DNA of 64,000 bases from Lepidodermella squamata (taxonomy: Eukaryota > Animalia > Gastrotricha). The position numbers and the translations under genes are program-made. Of this stretch, positions 31,200-43,587 are shown piece by piece. The notes below the pieces were generated by a model. It made no database searches. It was not told the DNA's origin and worked only from the letters and a program-made list of their open reading frames with translations. The stretch covers positions 1,240,001 through 1,304,000 of the forward strand of contig JBLDXI010000025.1 of assembly GCA_047495785.1 (NCBI GenBank), given 5' to 3'. Every line of letters begins with the position of its first letter. Position 1 is the stretch's first letter.

Positions 31200-33551
31200 A
31201 TGATCCCTCTCTTGGCGGTCATCCTATCAGGAATTTCTACTCATGCAGGAGAAATTCTTGTCAAGCCTAACAATCTCACTGTTCTTCTGATAGCCCCGTT
31301 TCTACCAGTCACCACTGGAGTTGGTGCTGCTTGTGCAACAGCAGCAGAGTTAGTAGTTAAGACCTTCAACGAGAATTCGGAGCTACTGCCGGACTATAAT
31401 ATCAAGTTGCAGTTGGAAGATGAATTGATTGGACTAAGGATACCACTCCATGTTGCGTTGTACGCAAGATCCTTCGATAGTTCCGATAACATCGCTTCAT
31501 TTCGATCACCTCTTGTTCTAGGTGGGGGTTATTCTGTTGGGGTCCTACGTAGCGCACCTATACTTCAGCCTCTAAATTTGATCCAGTTATGCGGTGGATG
31601 CACTGCGTCAAGCTTAGCAGATCACTCGCGGTATCCAAACCTGTGGCTCATGATGGCTGCTGGAGATGCTTTTGCCCTCGCCATGGTTCGATTTATTAGT
31701 CAAGTCGGACAATGGCGGAAAATCGGTATAATTACATCTCCATTGAACCCGTATGACTACACAACAGCATTATGGATCCAAAAACTCGCTCTGGAGAGTG
31801 GAATTTCAGTTCCTTTATTCAGCATTCGACTTCAATTTGATGAGAATACGATACAGCAATTCTTGGAAAATGACGTCAGGATCATCGCGATTATGTCGAG
31901 CTCATCTGAAATTCAAATGCGATTCTTTTGTGCCGCGTATTCAAGCGGCCTAACAGGGAATAAATACGTCTTTATCGCAGACTTGTCTGGGTATACGAAT
32001 CCAGATTTGCTGGACGACGTCAGCAGCTACTGCGGAAAGCAAATCATTCTGGAGCAGACTAAATACACCTTCTGGGTCTTGTCGAGCTTCACAAATCTCG
32101 ATCGAAGTGCAAGGTCAGATTTGGGGCACAATATTACGGAATTAGAGGCGTTTTTAACAGAGAGATTTAAGGCTAAAAATCAAACTCGAATCCCTGATAA
32201 TGGCCATCGGGCGTTATGCTACGACACAGTGCTCAAAGGATTGAAAACTCTAGACGAAGCTGATAAAAAACTTAAGGCGATGAACCTCGGATTGAAAGAT
32301 TACGCCAAACTTCCTGAGATGGTTTTACAAGTTATAAATGATACCTTAGCTCACATCTCCGTCCGCGGCCTCAGAATGGGAATGATGAAATACAGTCCCC
32401 GAGGCCAAATTGATGATGATCTTATAGCTGTTTACTACATCAAAACGGTTAACATGCCCATTCCACATTTTGTTCAGCGTAAGAATGCTAACTCATCTGG
32501 GTTCAATTACGAGTCGATATATCTGGCGGAGATGATTCCTTTCGATTGGCAAGCTTGGAACAGACGCATTCCAAAGGATTCTACCAACTATTTAACGGTA
32601 CATGATGAAGTTTCCACCACACTGGTCATCATTATATCAGTCATAGCTGGAATTCTCACCTTGACTGGTTTGACATTCCTGGTTTACCAGGTGAAACTTA
32701 ATAAGGATAAAGATCCATCAGCTCTAAAAATGTTTCCGGTTTCTAAAATCGCTGGACTTGTAGCCTGTCTTCTCCTGAACATAGCCGCGCTTCTCATCAG
32801 CTCCTCAGGTTCGAGTTACCCAGTCACAATGGCGAGTTATTGCGTACTGATCATCGGAATATCATTGCTGAATGGGACAATAGCATTGAGAGGTATCGTG
32901 TTCTCACGTTCTGCAGTGAAAATTCACGCGAAAACATTGAGAGAAAATCTCAAAAGGAAAATGTCACTTGCAGCAACTATGTCGAGCCACAGCTTGGGTT
33001 TCTCAACTGCTAGGCAAATAGATAAAACCGTCACAATCGGCAGCTGGGTTTTCACCTTGACGAATGCATTGGTAATGGCCGTTTGGTTTATCGTAGATCC
33101 AGTGAGCTGTTCGGATGAAGTTCTTGGCAATGGGCCAATTTATGTACCAGCAACCGATTCACTCATTCGAACTGTTGTGACAAATTGTTTACAATCGAAT
33201 CACTCCGGTTGGGTTTACGTTATTGCCCTATTGAATTTGCTACTCCTAGCGCTGTCTGCAGCTTTGTTCTATCAGTTCAAGCAGCGAAAGGTTCAGATTA
33301 TTGAGGTGGACAACTTGAAGGACATATTTATCTGTCTGATAAATTCTCTCACTGTTCTTGCGGCTGTGATACTTGTAATTATAACCCTTTCGAGTCCTGT
33401 TCAACGCCAGATTGCTGTTTCTTTCGCTTGCCTAATGTTTTCTGGTGTGTCCAGCTGTGCATGGGGTATTACTTTGTATCAGAGACAGCTTTTAGATGAT
33501 AATCAGCGAAGAGCTTCTTCAGTTGTCCTTTCGCATTTTCAGCGCCCATAA
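31200..33551 (+). CDS. Class C GPCR, GABA-B-like, single exon
   Basis: ORF 31053-33551; probable ATG 31200 (MIPLLAVIL signal peptide); family motifs and 7TM. Confidence 0.9.
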   Translation: MIPLLAVILSGISTHAGEILVKPNNLTVLLIAPFLPVTTGVGAACATAAELVVKTFNENSELLPDYNIKLQLEDELIGLRIPLHVALYARSFDSSDNIASFRSPLVLGGGYSVGVLRSAPILQPLNLIQLCGGCTASSLADHSRYPNLWLMMAAGDAFALAMVRFISQVGQWRKIGIITSPLNPYDYTTALWIQKLALESGISVPLFSIRLQFDENTIQQFLENDVRIIAIMSSSSEIQMRFFCAAYSSGLTGNKYVFIADLSGYTNPDLLDDVSSYCGKQIILEQTKYTFWVLSSFTNLDRSARSDLGHNITELEAFLTERFKAKNQTRIPDNGHRALCYDTVLKGLKTLDEADKKLKAMNLGLKDYAKLPEMVLQVINDTLAHISVRGLRMGMMKYSPRGQIDDDLIAVYYIKTVNMPIPHFVQRKNANSSGFNYESIYLAEMIPFDWQAWNRRIPKDSTNYLTVHDEVSTTLVIIISVIAGILTLTGLTFLVYQVKLNKDKDPSALKMFPVSKIAGLVACLLLNIAALLISSSGSSYPVTMASYCVLIIGISLLNGTIALRGIVFSRSAVKIHAKTLRENLKRKMSLAATMSSHSLGFSTARQIDKTVTIGSWVFTLTNALVMAVWFIVDPVSCSDEVLGNGPIYVPATDSLIRTVVTNCLQSNHSGWVYVIALLNLLLLALSAALFYQFKQRKVQIIEVDNLKDIFICLINSLTVLAAVILVIITLSSPVQRQIAVSFACLMFSGVSSCAWGITLYQRQLLDDNQRRASSVVLSHFQRP

Positions 33552-34116
33552 AGAATTTAAAAATTTGCGAAATGCATTCGTGAGGCATTGTGTATAATCA
33601 GTTCGTGATTTGTGATTATTAAAAATTTACGGTTCGAGATTTTGGTCTCAAATGTTTATTGTTTTTTATGGTTCACCGACCATTTTCTAATCTGAAATGC
33701 TAAGATCAAACAGATCATTCTGAGACCTCCGTCAAACTGATCGAGTAAAAATGATTGATTAACTTTGAATTTCAGCAATCCTTATTGCAGTCAAATGCTT
33801 GCGTCAAGCGAAAGAAAAATCTTTAATATCTTTGATTATGCTCGTTGCAAAATGCAATAATCAGTACGTCCAACATTGTCCAACATTGGGCAAACATTTT
33901 GCACTAAAAGAAGATGAAGCTACTCTCAGCTGCTTGAAGCTTTCCTTGTTTTTTGTAAGGATACCTCATTAAGTATTAGTGCAATTTTACGGATAATTGG
34001 GTGAACTTTTGCCGTAATCAATGCCGTCGTCACGTCATGGAACCTGTGGGCTGTAGGTATGTGCTTTGGCTGTGAAATCGGGAGCGCCAAACATTTTATT
34101 TCACTTAGCGAGAGAC

Positions 34117-36471
34117 ATGCATTCAACTCGAACCTTAGCTTTTATCACTGTGCTGCGGTTGGCTGTTCAATCAAATGCGCAGAAGCCGTACAACTTGACA
34201 GTAATGTCAATGTGCCCATTCACCGGTGTTACTACAAATTTCGGCAAGGCTTGTAGCACTTCGGCTGAAATCGTCATTCGGATGTTCAACGAACGCTCGG
34301 ATTTACTTCCAGACTATAACGTTATCGCGCAAATGGTAGACGAATCAAACGGTGTCTTGAACCCTACGCAAATTGCGTATTACGCTCGCTCGATTGAAGA
34401 AGACTCTTCAGATTTTCCATCTCCGTTAATAATGGGCGGTGGATTCTCCTCGGGCGTAATTAGGGGCGCCCCTTTACTCAAGCCCCTTAATCTCATCCAA
34501 ATATGCGCCGGATGCAATGCGCCGGCATTGGCGGACCATAGTCGCTATCCAAACCTTTGGTTGTCTATGGCTGCCGGAGATGTCTTCGCCATGGCTATAG
34601 TCCAATTTATAGGGAAAATCGGAAAATGGAGAAAGTTTGGAGTGATTTCATCACCCGCTAATCCCTATGATTACACCACCGCCTTATGGATACAAAGAAT
34701 CGCATTAGAGAATGGATTCGAGATCCCGGTTTTCGACATCCGTTTGCAGTTCGATGACAATTCAGTTATTTCCATGCTTGAAAATGATATTCGGATAGTA
34801 GTTGTCATGACGAGTCAACCTGAGCTCGTAGCTGAATTTCTATGCGCCGCTTATCGCAATGGGTTGTCTGGACGCAAGTACGTATTTCTCAGCGATTTGG
34901 GAGGATTTTACGTACCCGATTCAGCGATGAGTTCGAGATTTGGTTGCGAAATCGGAGCGATTGCTGAACAGCTTCGAAGAACCTTCTGGTTCAGAGCGAG
35001 CGTTTTCAATCTTGACGATTCTGCGAAATCAGATATCGGACTAACGTTGCCGGGATTCGAGCAAATACTAAGCAAAGAGATGGCCAAGAAAAACCTTAGT
35101 ATAAGGGCAACTCCGGACGCTTCTTACAGATGGCTTTGCCATGACCTAGCACTAAAAGGCCTTAGAACCCTGGAAGAGGCGGATAAAAAGCTGAAACTGC
35201 AAGGCCTATCGCTACGAGACTTCAAGTCGAGGCCAGAATTGGTGGCGAAGGTGATAAACGATACTCTCGCGTCCATCACGGTTCGAGGTCTACGAATGGG
35301 TGACATGAAATATAGCGCAAGAGGTCAAGTCGATGACGACCTCCTCGTTGCTTATTACATCCGTGATAGGGAACCCAGGGCTTACTACGTTCAAGCACGC
35401 TACAGCAATGAATCCGATTTCAAGTATGGATCGTTTTATATGAAGGAATTGGAGCGTTTCAACTGGTCGTTCTGGAATGGTCGTGCTCCAAAGGACGCAA
35501 CAAAAGTCATTACTCTCACGGATGAAGTCACTCTTCCTATTCTTATCGCCGTTATAATTCTTGGAGCGCTATTCATCGCTATAAGCACTGCTGGTGCATT
35601 GAAAATTCTTTACAAAAAGGGCAAGGAAGACTTTTGTTTGAGATCGCTGCCTACATCAAAGACGATCGGCTTCGGCGCGTCATCTCTTTTATGTGGGGCT
35701 GGCATCGCTCAGGTTTGTTCGCCCTATGGAGAAGGGTATTACGAACTAGCTCTGCTGAGAATACTCCTGCTTGTTATTGGTTTGTCTCTTTCTAATGGGG
35801 TAGTAGCTATGAGGGCACTAGCTATCTCTCGGTTGACATCTAATCTCAAGTCTATACCCAAGGTAAACCATCCCAACATGAGACAAAATCTCAGCACTGT
35901 TACCAAAGTAACATTAAAAGATATCGACGATCGTACAGCTAAATCGATTGATCTGGTTTCATCAATCGGATCGCTGGTTTTTACTAGTATAAACGGCATA
36001 GTAGCTGCTCTCTGGCTTGGCTTGGATCCGCTAAGCTGTTCTTTGGTTGAATCAAAAGGATCTACGTACTATGATGCTGATAACGCCATTTTGACTCGAA
36101 AAATAGCGACTGTTTGTCAATCGAATAATCACTCAGCCTGGATTGTTAGCATTGCTTGCTTTCATCTTGTTCTTCTCGCATTTGCTAGCGTCTCTTACTA
36201 CCAGTTCAGGCGAAGAAAGGTCAGGCTAGAAAGCGCTGACCTTCTGGTTGATATACCTATCTGCTTGGTTAATGCAATCGGGTCTCTAGTTGCTGGTTCT
36301 TTGGTTGTTGTTTCTATACAGGCTGTCACTAGCAAGCAGGTCGCGATATCGTTTGCTTGTCTCGTCCTTAGCGGAGGATCAACAACCGCTTGGCTGATTC
36401 CCAGATCCTCCGGAGCACCTAGGGCTCCTTCAACCTCGCAGACTCCAGCAATGCTTGGGAGTCACATGTAA
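34117..36471 (+). CDS. Class C GPCR, GABA-B-like, single exon
   Basis: ORF 34066-36471; probable ATG 34117; family motifs and 7TM. Confidence 0.9.
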   Translation: MHSTRTLAFITVLRLAVQSNAQKPYNLTVMSMCPFTGVTTNFGKACSTSAEIVIRMFNERSDLLPDYNVIAQMVDESNGVLNPTQIAYYARSIEEDSSDFPSPLIMGGGFSSGVIRGAPLLKPLNLIQICAGCNAPALADHSRYPNLWLSMAAGDVFAMAIVQFIGKIGKWRKFGVISSPANPYDYTTALWIQRIALENGFEIPVFDIRLQFDDNSVISMLENDIRIVVVMTSQPELVAEFLCAAYRNGLSGRKYVFLSDLGGFYVPDSAMSSRFGCEIGAIAEQLRRTFWFRASVFNLDDSAKSDIGLTLPGFEQILSKEMAKKNLSIRATPDASYRWLCHDLALKGLRTLEEADKKLKLQGLSLRDFKSRPELVAKVINDTLASITVRGLRMGDMKYSARGQVDDDLLVAYYIRDREPRAYYVQARYSNESDFKYGSFYMKELERFNWSFWNGRAPKDATKVITLTDEVTLPILIAVIILGALFIAISTAGALKILYKKGKEDFCLRSLPTSKTIGFGASSLLCGAGIAQVCSPYGEGYYELALLRILLLVIGLSLSNGVVAMRALAISRLTSNLKSIPKVNHPNMRQNLSTVTKVTLKDIDDRTAKSIDLVSSIGSLVFTSINGIVAALWLGLDPLSCSLVESKGSTYYDADNAILTRKIATVCQSNNHSAWIVSIACFHLVLLAFASVSYYQFRRRKVRLESADLLVDIPICLVNAIGSLVAGSLVVVSIQAVTSKQVAISFACLVLSGGSTTAWLIPRSSGAPRAPSTSQTPAMLGSHM

Positions 36472-36707
36472 TTTCTCTTATAGGAATTTAATGAATAATT
36501 ACCGAAGAGCGCTCTTTGATGAAGCCTGCAGTGGTCGAGATCACTCGCCAGCAATTGATTGTCGTGATTTTGTTTGAGTCAAACTTTCGATCGGGACAAC
36601 TTCATTAACTAATTTGCCTCGTTCTCCAACCACGAACATTTTTTTGTTATTAGGCGGAAAGTTGTGAAGAATTCATAATTCGGCGATTTAATCCTTCAAG
36701 TCAGATA

Positions 36708-36840
36708 GCGCGCCTTACTCGGGCCGCCGGATTTGGAATCGGGCTGTCGGGCTTGGGTCGCCGGGCTTGGGTCGTCCTACAACCAATGCCCTACCCGATA
36801 ACTGTCCCGGCCCAAACCCGGCGGCCGGAGTAAGGCGCGC
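36708..36840. mobile_element. 133-bp GC-rich MITE-like hairpin
   Basis: GCGCGCCTTACTCGGGCCGCCGGATTTGG vs CCAAACCCGGCGGCCGGAGTAAGGCGCGC; TSD ambiguous. Confidence 0.6.
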
Positions 36841-36930
36841 GCGAGCGCCTGACAGTAGCGCTGGTTCCCATTGTTCTCCGCCGTGCTCTGCCGTGAATTT
36901 TGTTCATTCATTAGCTAAAGAGGATATAGT

Positions 36931-37468
36931 ATCGTCACATCATATGGTAAAATGGACGAGGAAATCAAAGCTCGCCTAGCGAAAGCTGGCAGTTGATTTT
37001 GGGCTCTTTTAATTCCTGTGAAACCTGGAACCTACACAACTATGCGGTTTTGAGGACAAAGTTTTGAGGACAAAGAGGACAAACTACACAAGAACAAAGG
37101 TTAAATGCAACTTTCATGCGCTGGCTTAGAATCATTATGGGATTTTTCAGAACAGATTATTTATACTTATACCCAACATCGATATTAGAATGATCCTTGA
37201 CTTTTTGGAATTCAGTAAAATAATTGAAAAGAATCGTTTGAAATATTTCGGTCACATTATATTCGCCAAGATGAGTACGAAACTGAAAGTCTCGCGAATG
37301 CCATGTATTATTGGAAACCGGTCGACCCGAGTTGGTGCTTGCCGATAAACCGCCAACCCGCTGAATCGATAGCTGAAAAAAGGAGTCTCCTCAAAACTGG
37401 TTTTTTTCGAAATTCAAGTGAAACATATTAAAAACTCAAACGAGCCAGTTAAGCGCGGTAGACCTCGA
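36931..37468 (+). mobile_element. Degenerate RTE-like non-LTR retrotransposon 3' fragment
   Basis: Broken frames give IVTSYGKMDEEIKARLAKAG, SCETWNL, EQRLNATFMRWLRIIMG, RLKYFGHI and KRGRPR, the usual post-RT motif order of RTE-type LINEs. Confidence 0.7.
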
Positions 37469-37889
37469 CCCTGTTAATGCGACGCACTGAAATTCACAGC
37501 AGGTTGCTCTCGACCGATCTGTCGGCCCCTGAAGCCGATCGCCTGTCGTCAGCCGTCTCCTAAACTTTGAGGCTTTTTCTATTCTCCAATTTTAACATAA
37601 AATTTGTATGCATACGGAAGAAGTAAAATTAAACTTCATTTCGGTCATTTGGTCATTTGGCTTAAAATGCGCAGCTATCATCATTATTTTGTGATTAATA
37701 CTTATCACTAAACATTAGGTTTTCCCGTGAAAAATTGGCCATATCGACATGAACGAGCAATTAGTCTAAACTTCTGCTATGGGAGGGAGCTGAGCTTTAA
37801 AACGTAGGGGTATTTGAAGCCCGTGGGTGTGTTTGAGATGAAGAAAAGCAGGAGAAACCGTGCGCATTTCTTATCTTCCTAAGTTAATC

Positions 37890-40232
37890 ATGAAATTATG
37901 CGAGATCTTCCTGTTAATAACATCATTGCAAAGTTTGGCGCAATCATCCACCCAAAAGCCATATAACTTGACAATTATGTCTATGTTCCCGTTCACTGGC
38001 ATTGCACCAAATTTCGGAATAACTTGTAGCACTGGCTTTGAAATTGTTGTTAGGATTATCAACGAGCGCTCCAACATTTTAACAGGCTACAACATCATCC
38101 TGAAAATGGGGGACGAATCCAACGGAATTTTCAATCCGATGCAAATCGCAACTTACGCTCGTTCGATGGAAGAAGACACGTCTGAATTTCCATCTCCCCT
38201 GGTTTTAGGCGGTGGATTTTCCTCGGGTGTAATTAGGGGCGCCCCCTTGCTAAAATCCCTTAATCTCATCCAAATTTGCTCTGGATGTACCGCGCCGGGA
38301 TTGGCAGATCATAGTCGCTATCCGAATCTCTGGTTATCAATGGCCGCCGGAGATGTTTTAGCCATGGCAATTGTCCAATTCATCGGAAAAATAGGTAAAT
38401 GGAGAAGGTTTGGCGTAATAACGAGTCCAACCAATCCATATGATTACACAACCGCCTTATGGATTCAGAAAATCGCTCTTGAAAATGGTTTTCAGGTCCC
38501 TGTATTTGACATCCGCTTAGAATTCGACGACAGTTCAATTATTCCCATGGTTGAAAATGATATTCGTGCAGTAGTGGTAATGACAAGCCAGCCAGAGCTT
38601 GTTATTAGTTTCCTGTGTTCGGCTTATCGAAATGGATTGTCTGGAAACAAGTACATATTCCTAGGTGATCTGGGAGGATTCTATTTACCTGACTCAGCTA
38701 TGAGCTCGAGATTAGGATGTGAGACGGACTCAGTAATAGAACAATTGCGCAGAACCTTTTGGTTCCAGCCTAGCGTGTCCAATCTTGTTGACTCGGGCAA
38801 ATCGGACTCAGGACTGGGTTCACGCGAATACGAACATATTTTGAGCGAAGAATTGTATCAGAAAAACCTGAGTCTGAAGACCATGCCGAACACTGCCTTC
38901 AAGTGGCTTTGTCACGACTTAGCTTTGAAAGGTCTGAGAACCTTGGACGAGGCTGATAAAAGGCTCAAACGTCAAGGCTTGTCGCTGAGAGATTACAGAT
39001 CGAAGCCAGAGGTTGTGGCTAAAGTCGTGAACGATACTCTCGCATCCATCACAGTTCGAGGGCTGAGAATGGGCGATATGAAATACAGTCCTAGAGGCCA
39101 AGTAGATGACGATCTGCTAGTTGCTTATTACATCTACGACTTACAGCCCAAACCTTACTACGTACAATCTCGATTCGCCAATGAATCCGAGTTTAAGTAT
39201 AACTCCTTTTACATGAAGGAAATAGAGCGCTTCAACTGGTCCTTCTGGAACGGCCGAGTTCCGCAAGACGCAACAAAAGTGATTACTCTGATGGATGAAG
39301 TCTCGACGCCCGTACTTGTTGCAGTTTCAGTGCTTGGAGGAGGATTCATAGCGACAGCTATAATTGCTGGGATGGTTAATTTCTTCCAAACAGTCAAGAA
39401 GGACTCACAAACATTGAAGTCGCTGCCAATTTCTAAGTCGATTGGCTACGTTGCGTCATCTGTTCTCTGCGGAGCTGGAATCGCTGCCAGCTCGACTTTC
39501 GAAGACAGATATTATGAACTTGCAATTATGAGATTATTGCTGCTTGTTGGGGGCTTGTCACTCTCGAATGGGGTCGTGGCAATGAGGGCGCTATCCATTT
39601 CTCGGATGACATCTAATCTAGCTTCTAAGAGTAAAAAACCTAACTCGAGACGCTCCGTTCAAATAGTTTTTGTACCTATAAAAGAGCTGGACGACGAAAC
39701 TGCTAAATTAATTGATACGGTTTCATCCGCCGGATCGATTGTTTTTGCTTGTGTCAACTGTTTCATAACTGGGCTTTGGCTTGGCTTGGACCCGTTAAGC
39801 TGTTCTTTGCTGGAAACTAAAGAATCAACCTTCTACGATGCTGATAGCGATACTCTCACTCGAAAAATTGCTGCTGTTTGTGTGTCTTTGAATCACACAT
39901 CGTGGATTGTTAGTATTTATTGTTTTCATCTTGTATTACTCGCTGTGGCTTGCGTCTCTTACTACCAGTTCAGGCAAAGAAGGATCAATATAGAAGGTAT
40001 TGAATTTGTCAGTGACATACCGATGTGCTTAGCGAATTCTATGGGCTCTCTAATCGCAAGCGCTTTGATCATCATTTCGCTGCAAAGTGTTACCACCAGG
40101 CAGATTGCGATATCTTTCTCTTGTTTCGTAATCGGCGGGGGATCGATGGTTGCTTGGATGATACCCAAATCCCCGCGAGTCTCTACTGCTTTGTCAGTTT
40201 CAAGAATTTCAGGGGCATTCGATGTTCAATAA
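37890..40232 (+). CDS. Class C GPCR, GABA-B-like, single exon (closest to 34117-36471)
   Basis: ORF 37860-40232; probable ATG 37890; shares WLCHDLALKGLRTL and NDTLASITVRGLRMGDMKYS with its neighbour. Confidence 0.9.
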   Translation: MKLCEIFLLITSLQSLAQSSTQKPYNLTIMSMFPFTGIAPNFGITCSTGFEIVVRIINERSNILTGYNIILKMGDESNGIFNPMQIATYARSMEEDTSEFPSPLVLGGGFSSGVIRGAPLLKSLNLIQICSGCTAPGLADHSRYPNLWLSMAAGDVLAMAIVQFIGKIGKWRRFGVITSPTNPYDYTTALWIQKIALENGFQVPVFDIRLEFDDSSIIPMVENDIRAVVVMTSQPELVISFLCSAYRNGLSGNKYIFLGDLGGFYLPDSAMSSRLGCETDSVIEQLRRTFWFQPSVSNLVDSGKSDSGLGSREYEHILSEELYQKNLSLKTMPNTAFKWLCHDLALKGLRTLDEADKRLKRQGLSLRDYRSKPEVVAKVVNDTLASITVRGLRMGDMKYSPRGQVDDDLLVAYYIYDLQPKPYYVQSRFANESEFKYNSFYMKEIERFNWSFWNGRVPQDATKVITLMDEVSTPVLVAVSVLGGGFIATAIIAGMVNFFQTVKKDSQTLKSLPISKSIGYVASSVLCGAGIAASSTFEDRYYELAIMRLLLLVGGLSLSNGVVAMRALSISRMTSNLASKSKKPNSRRSVQIVFVPIKELDDETAKLIDTVSSAGSIVFACVNCFITGLWLGLDPLSCSLLETKESTFYDADSDTLTRKIAAVCVSLNHTSWIVSIYCFHLVLLAVACVSYYQFRQRRINIEGIEFVSDIPMCLANSMGSLIASALIIISLQSVTTRQIAISFSCFVIGGGSMVAWMIPKSPRVSTALSVSRISGAFDVQ

Positions 40233-40730
40233 TGATCTAATAATAAACTTCAAAAAAGTCTCGCCTGAGGGAACATATCTGTGAGTGTTTCTTCGCGAAT
40301 TATTACCTAACTCACTGATTCTATTAAATAAAAAATTTGCTCGGAAAGAGCTGCCAGACTTGGACACTTTGGAGAACACGCTGTTGAGCGATTTATCAGA
40401 GAAGCCAATCAACGAATGCCAGTGATTCTAACTTCTGACCACGAACTGCATTCTACAACATACCATGGACAATGGTAAGATTTAAAGGAAGGATGAATTT
40501 AGCCATTTTTCGCATAAATTAATGAGCATCATCATCGCCGAACCTGAAGAGAATGGCAATTGTGTTTAAAGTCTTTATTGATCGGATTTAGATGTCGGAT
40601 CTATCGAAAGTTTGCCTGATATATGACTGATCACGTGGGCAGCCCAAGGCTTTTCATTTTCATTTTTTTCAAAACAACGTGCAAATATACAAGACAGCAT
40701 CATGTTTCGTTCTGCGTAACTGCTGGAGTG

Positions 40731-43587
40731 CTATGTATTATTCCATTTTGCTATGTTTTCGAGTTTTTCAGCCTTCACTGAAACCGGCAGCAGCAAAAGG
40801 AAGCTCATGATCGCAGAATAGACGAGTTCGATGAAAGCCAATACTGCGTTGAACACGCACGGCTTGTTGGACGAAGCGACCAACGCAAAGATAATCACGC
40901 CAGCAGCAAGCATCGTCAGTGCATTCACTGCAGCTGCCCGGAATAGCTTGCAACTCAGCGCTAACTCGATGGGCATTATCCGCCGTCTCAGATCAACAGA
41001 ATACAGATTCGCAAGCGAAATCAGTACCAAATTGAAAGAAAGAATCGCGCCAAGCCAATAGTTCGAATTTGCTGAGTTGCAGGACATAAGACTAAGCTCG
41101 AAGTAAGTATCCGCTTTCTCATCAAAGGCAGCAGGATTGTGGGTCAAAACAAGTTGCATAGGTTCTTTGATGAACCAAACAAGAATGAACCCAAGGTTGA
41201 TTGACATGGTCGAAATGAGTGATTGTGAAATCTGAAGTTCGTTATTCTGTTTGTCACTTTGAAGAGTAGATACGTATCTTTGGTTCACTATTCCTTTTCT
41301 TTCATACAACAAGCTGCTCGGTTGATCATTCGAGGATATCTTTAACTTCGCGAGATTGTTAATGTAACGAATAGCTCGATTATAAACGCGGTAGGTTCTC
41401 ACTCGAACGAACTTGCTGTAGACTAAAAGTTGACTGAAAATTAGGCAGTGAAACATACTTAGGCTTATCGATATGAACACTAATCTCCATCCGCATTCCG
41501 TTGCTGGAGAGAAATCATGACCAATTATTGAGAAAATTGCTGACGCGTTCAAGCTTAAACAGGCGGAGAAAACGAAGCACTTCTTCCAATTGATGTAAAA
41601 CGTCTCTGGTTTTGCTAGAGTTGCTCCGAAGAGCAGAAGGCTCTGGACTAGAGTTAGTAAAACAGAAAAGCAAGGAACAGCGACGTTGAGTACACTGCCG
41701 CAGTACCCGATCCTCTGCTCGATAATAGACAAATCCTTGGGAGAGAGGCCGGTTTTTGTATTCCATACGGGTACAGCATCAAGCTGAAACGAATATGACC
41801 GGTTTTCGTGATGGTACTTGAGATGAGCCACTCTTCGAAGTTTCAAGTTGTAGGCTTGCATTATCGATAGGTCTTGATACATCTCACCGTTAACATCTCG
41901 CTTAATTCTCGGATTGCGAAACCCAACAGCCTCGAGTTTCGCTGCTTCTCGATTAGCTATGCTGTAAATCAAGGCCCTATATCTGATCTCTTTGAAATTA
42001 GCAAGGGAAAGGTTGAAGTCTTGATTTAGAACAGCCTCGGTTTTGTTTAGGACCAGTAGTGTGAACATTTGAGAGTCGTGATGGGTGTAGCGAACGCTGT
42101 AACTCCCAGAAATATCTGCGACCTGAGCCATTTTCGAGGTAACTCGTTTGTCGTATTCGGTAGGGCTCATACCAAGGCTCGACAGAGCTGGCATATCAAA
42201 AGAAGTTGTCGGAATGCCGATTGCAAACGTCGCCGACAACTGTATGTCAAGTATTTGCCTGGTACATCCATCTGATATGTAGGCGTCTCGATCTAGGTTC
42301 CAAGTCAAGCATGCCGGAATGGAGACGATAAATTGATACAGCGGAGGTCTTATGCCATTGTGATAGGCTTTGCATAGCAAAATCTGGCACTCATAAGCTC
42401 CGTATGGAAAAACAAGCACTACTCTGACATTTAGTAGGGGCTGTAGATCGGCATCATCCAACTCTTCGAACCAATAGGAACCAACAGACTCGCCAACTTC
42501 GATGTTGTTCGCCGTTAGCAACTTGAAGGTGTCACTAACTAGCATAGGAATGTCACGAAGCCACCACGAATATATAATACCGACCCGTTTCCATCCACCA
42601 ACACTCCGAACAGCCTCGAGAAACGCGTATTTGTACGTGTTCACGGAACCTAGTGTTGTATAGAGGTTGTTGAAGAATTTAGATCTTCGAGATTCGATGA
42701 AAGGCCCAGCGCAGCTTTGCGTTACCTGAATGAAAATTTGACATGAAATGAACATAGTTCAACACGATGGAGACATAGTCGACTCGAAAAAAACCATGTC
42801 TTGAACCTACTGAACCCTGTATGAGTGGTCATGTACAGTTCGTGTGGTATATGGGGGTCTATTCAAAGCAACTACGGCGCGCTTATGTCGACTGAAGTTG
42901 TCTTATACTTGCTGAGATTGGTGAGATGCAACCTCTTTCTCGTTTGATTCAATCCTTCAAAGTTATTTGACTGATCTTAAAATAGAAAAACTCTAAAGAT
43001 AACTCCTAATCAGCAAAAAATGTTTATTCGCTTATCAAAAATGAGTAGGGTGGGGAAGAACGAACACGTGGTCATTTTAATACTATTTTTGGCTTAAACG
43101 TTGATCTTTGCGATGCGTGCTTAATTCAGCCTGGCTATTAGGCTATTAAGCTATTATACCCTGTAACCTGTATGAGCAACCTAAATTTTAGGGACTTTTT
43201 TATCTTGCTGGCGGAAGAGATGAAAAGTGAGCCTTTTACCATGACCATGTTGATGCCACGATACGTACCAGCGCTTGTGTCGCAGTCTCCATCTGGTCCT
43301 GTAAGAACAGGCGCTAAGCAAGAGTCGCCAGGCAACTCCAACTCCAACAGCTCCCTCGCGTATCTGTTGCCAGAATCTTCGTCAGTAACAATCAGAGGAT
43401 ATGGAACTATTTCGAAGTTTGCTAATAAACTCGACGCGTCATTTACGTATTCAGCAAGGGCGTAAACACTGGCATTGGTTATATCTGATCCGCTAACCAT
43501 GGCTGGCCACAGCAGCTTTGGTCTAGCAGCTTCGCTAGACGCCAAGAGCATCGTTGCAAGTAACAATATTGCGAAAACCACAGGCAT
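40731..43587 (-). CDS. Highly divergent class C GPCR-like gene, two exons (43587-43240, 42725-40731)
   Basis: MPVVFAILLL signal peptide, LLANFEI, APVLTGP; 514-bp GT-AG intron joins NMVM|VTQSC; GWKRVGII, CKAYHNGI, 7TM with TM3 CGWR. Confidence 0.82.
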
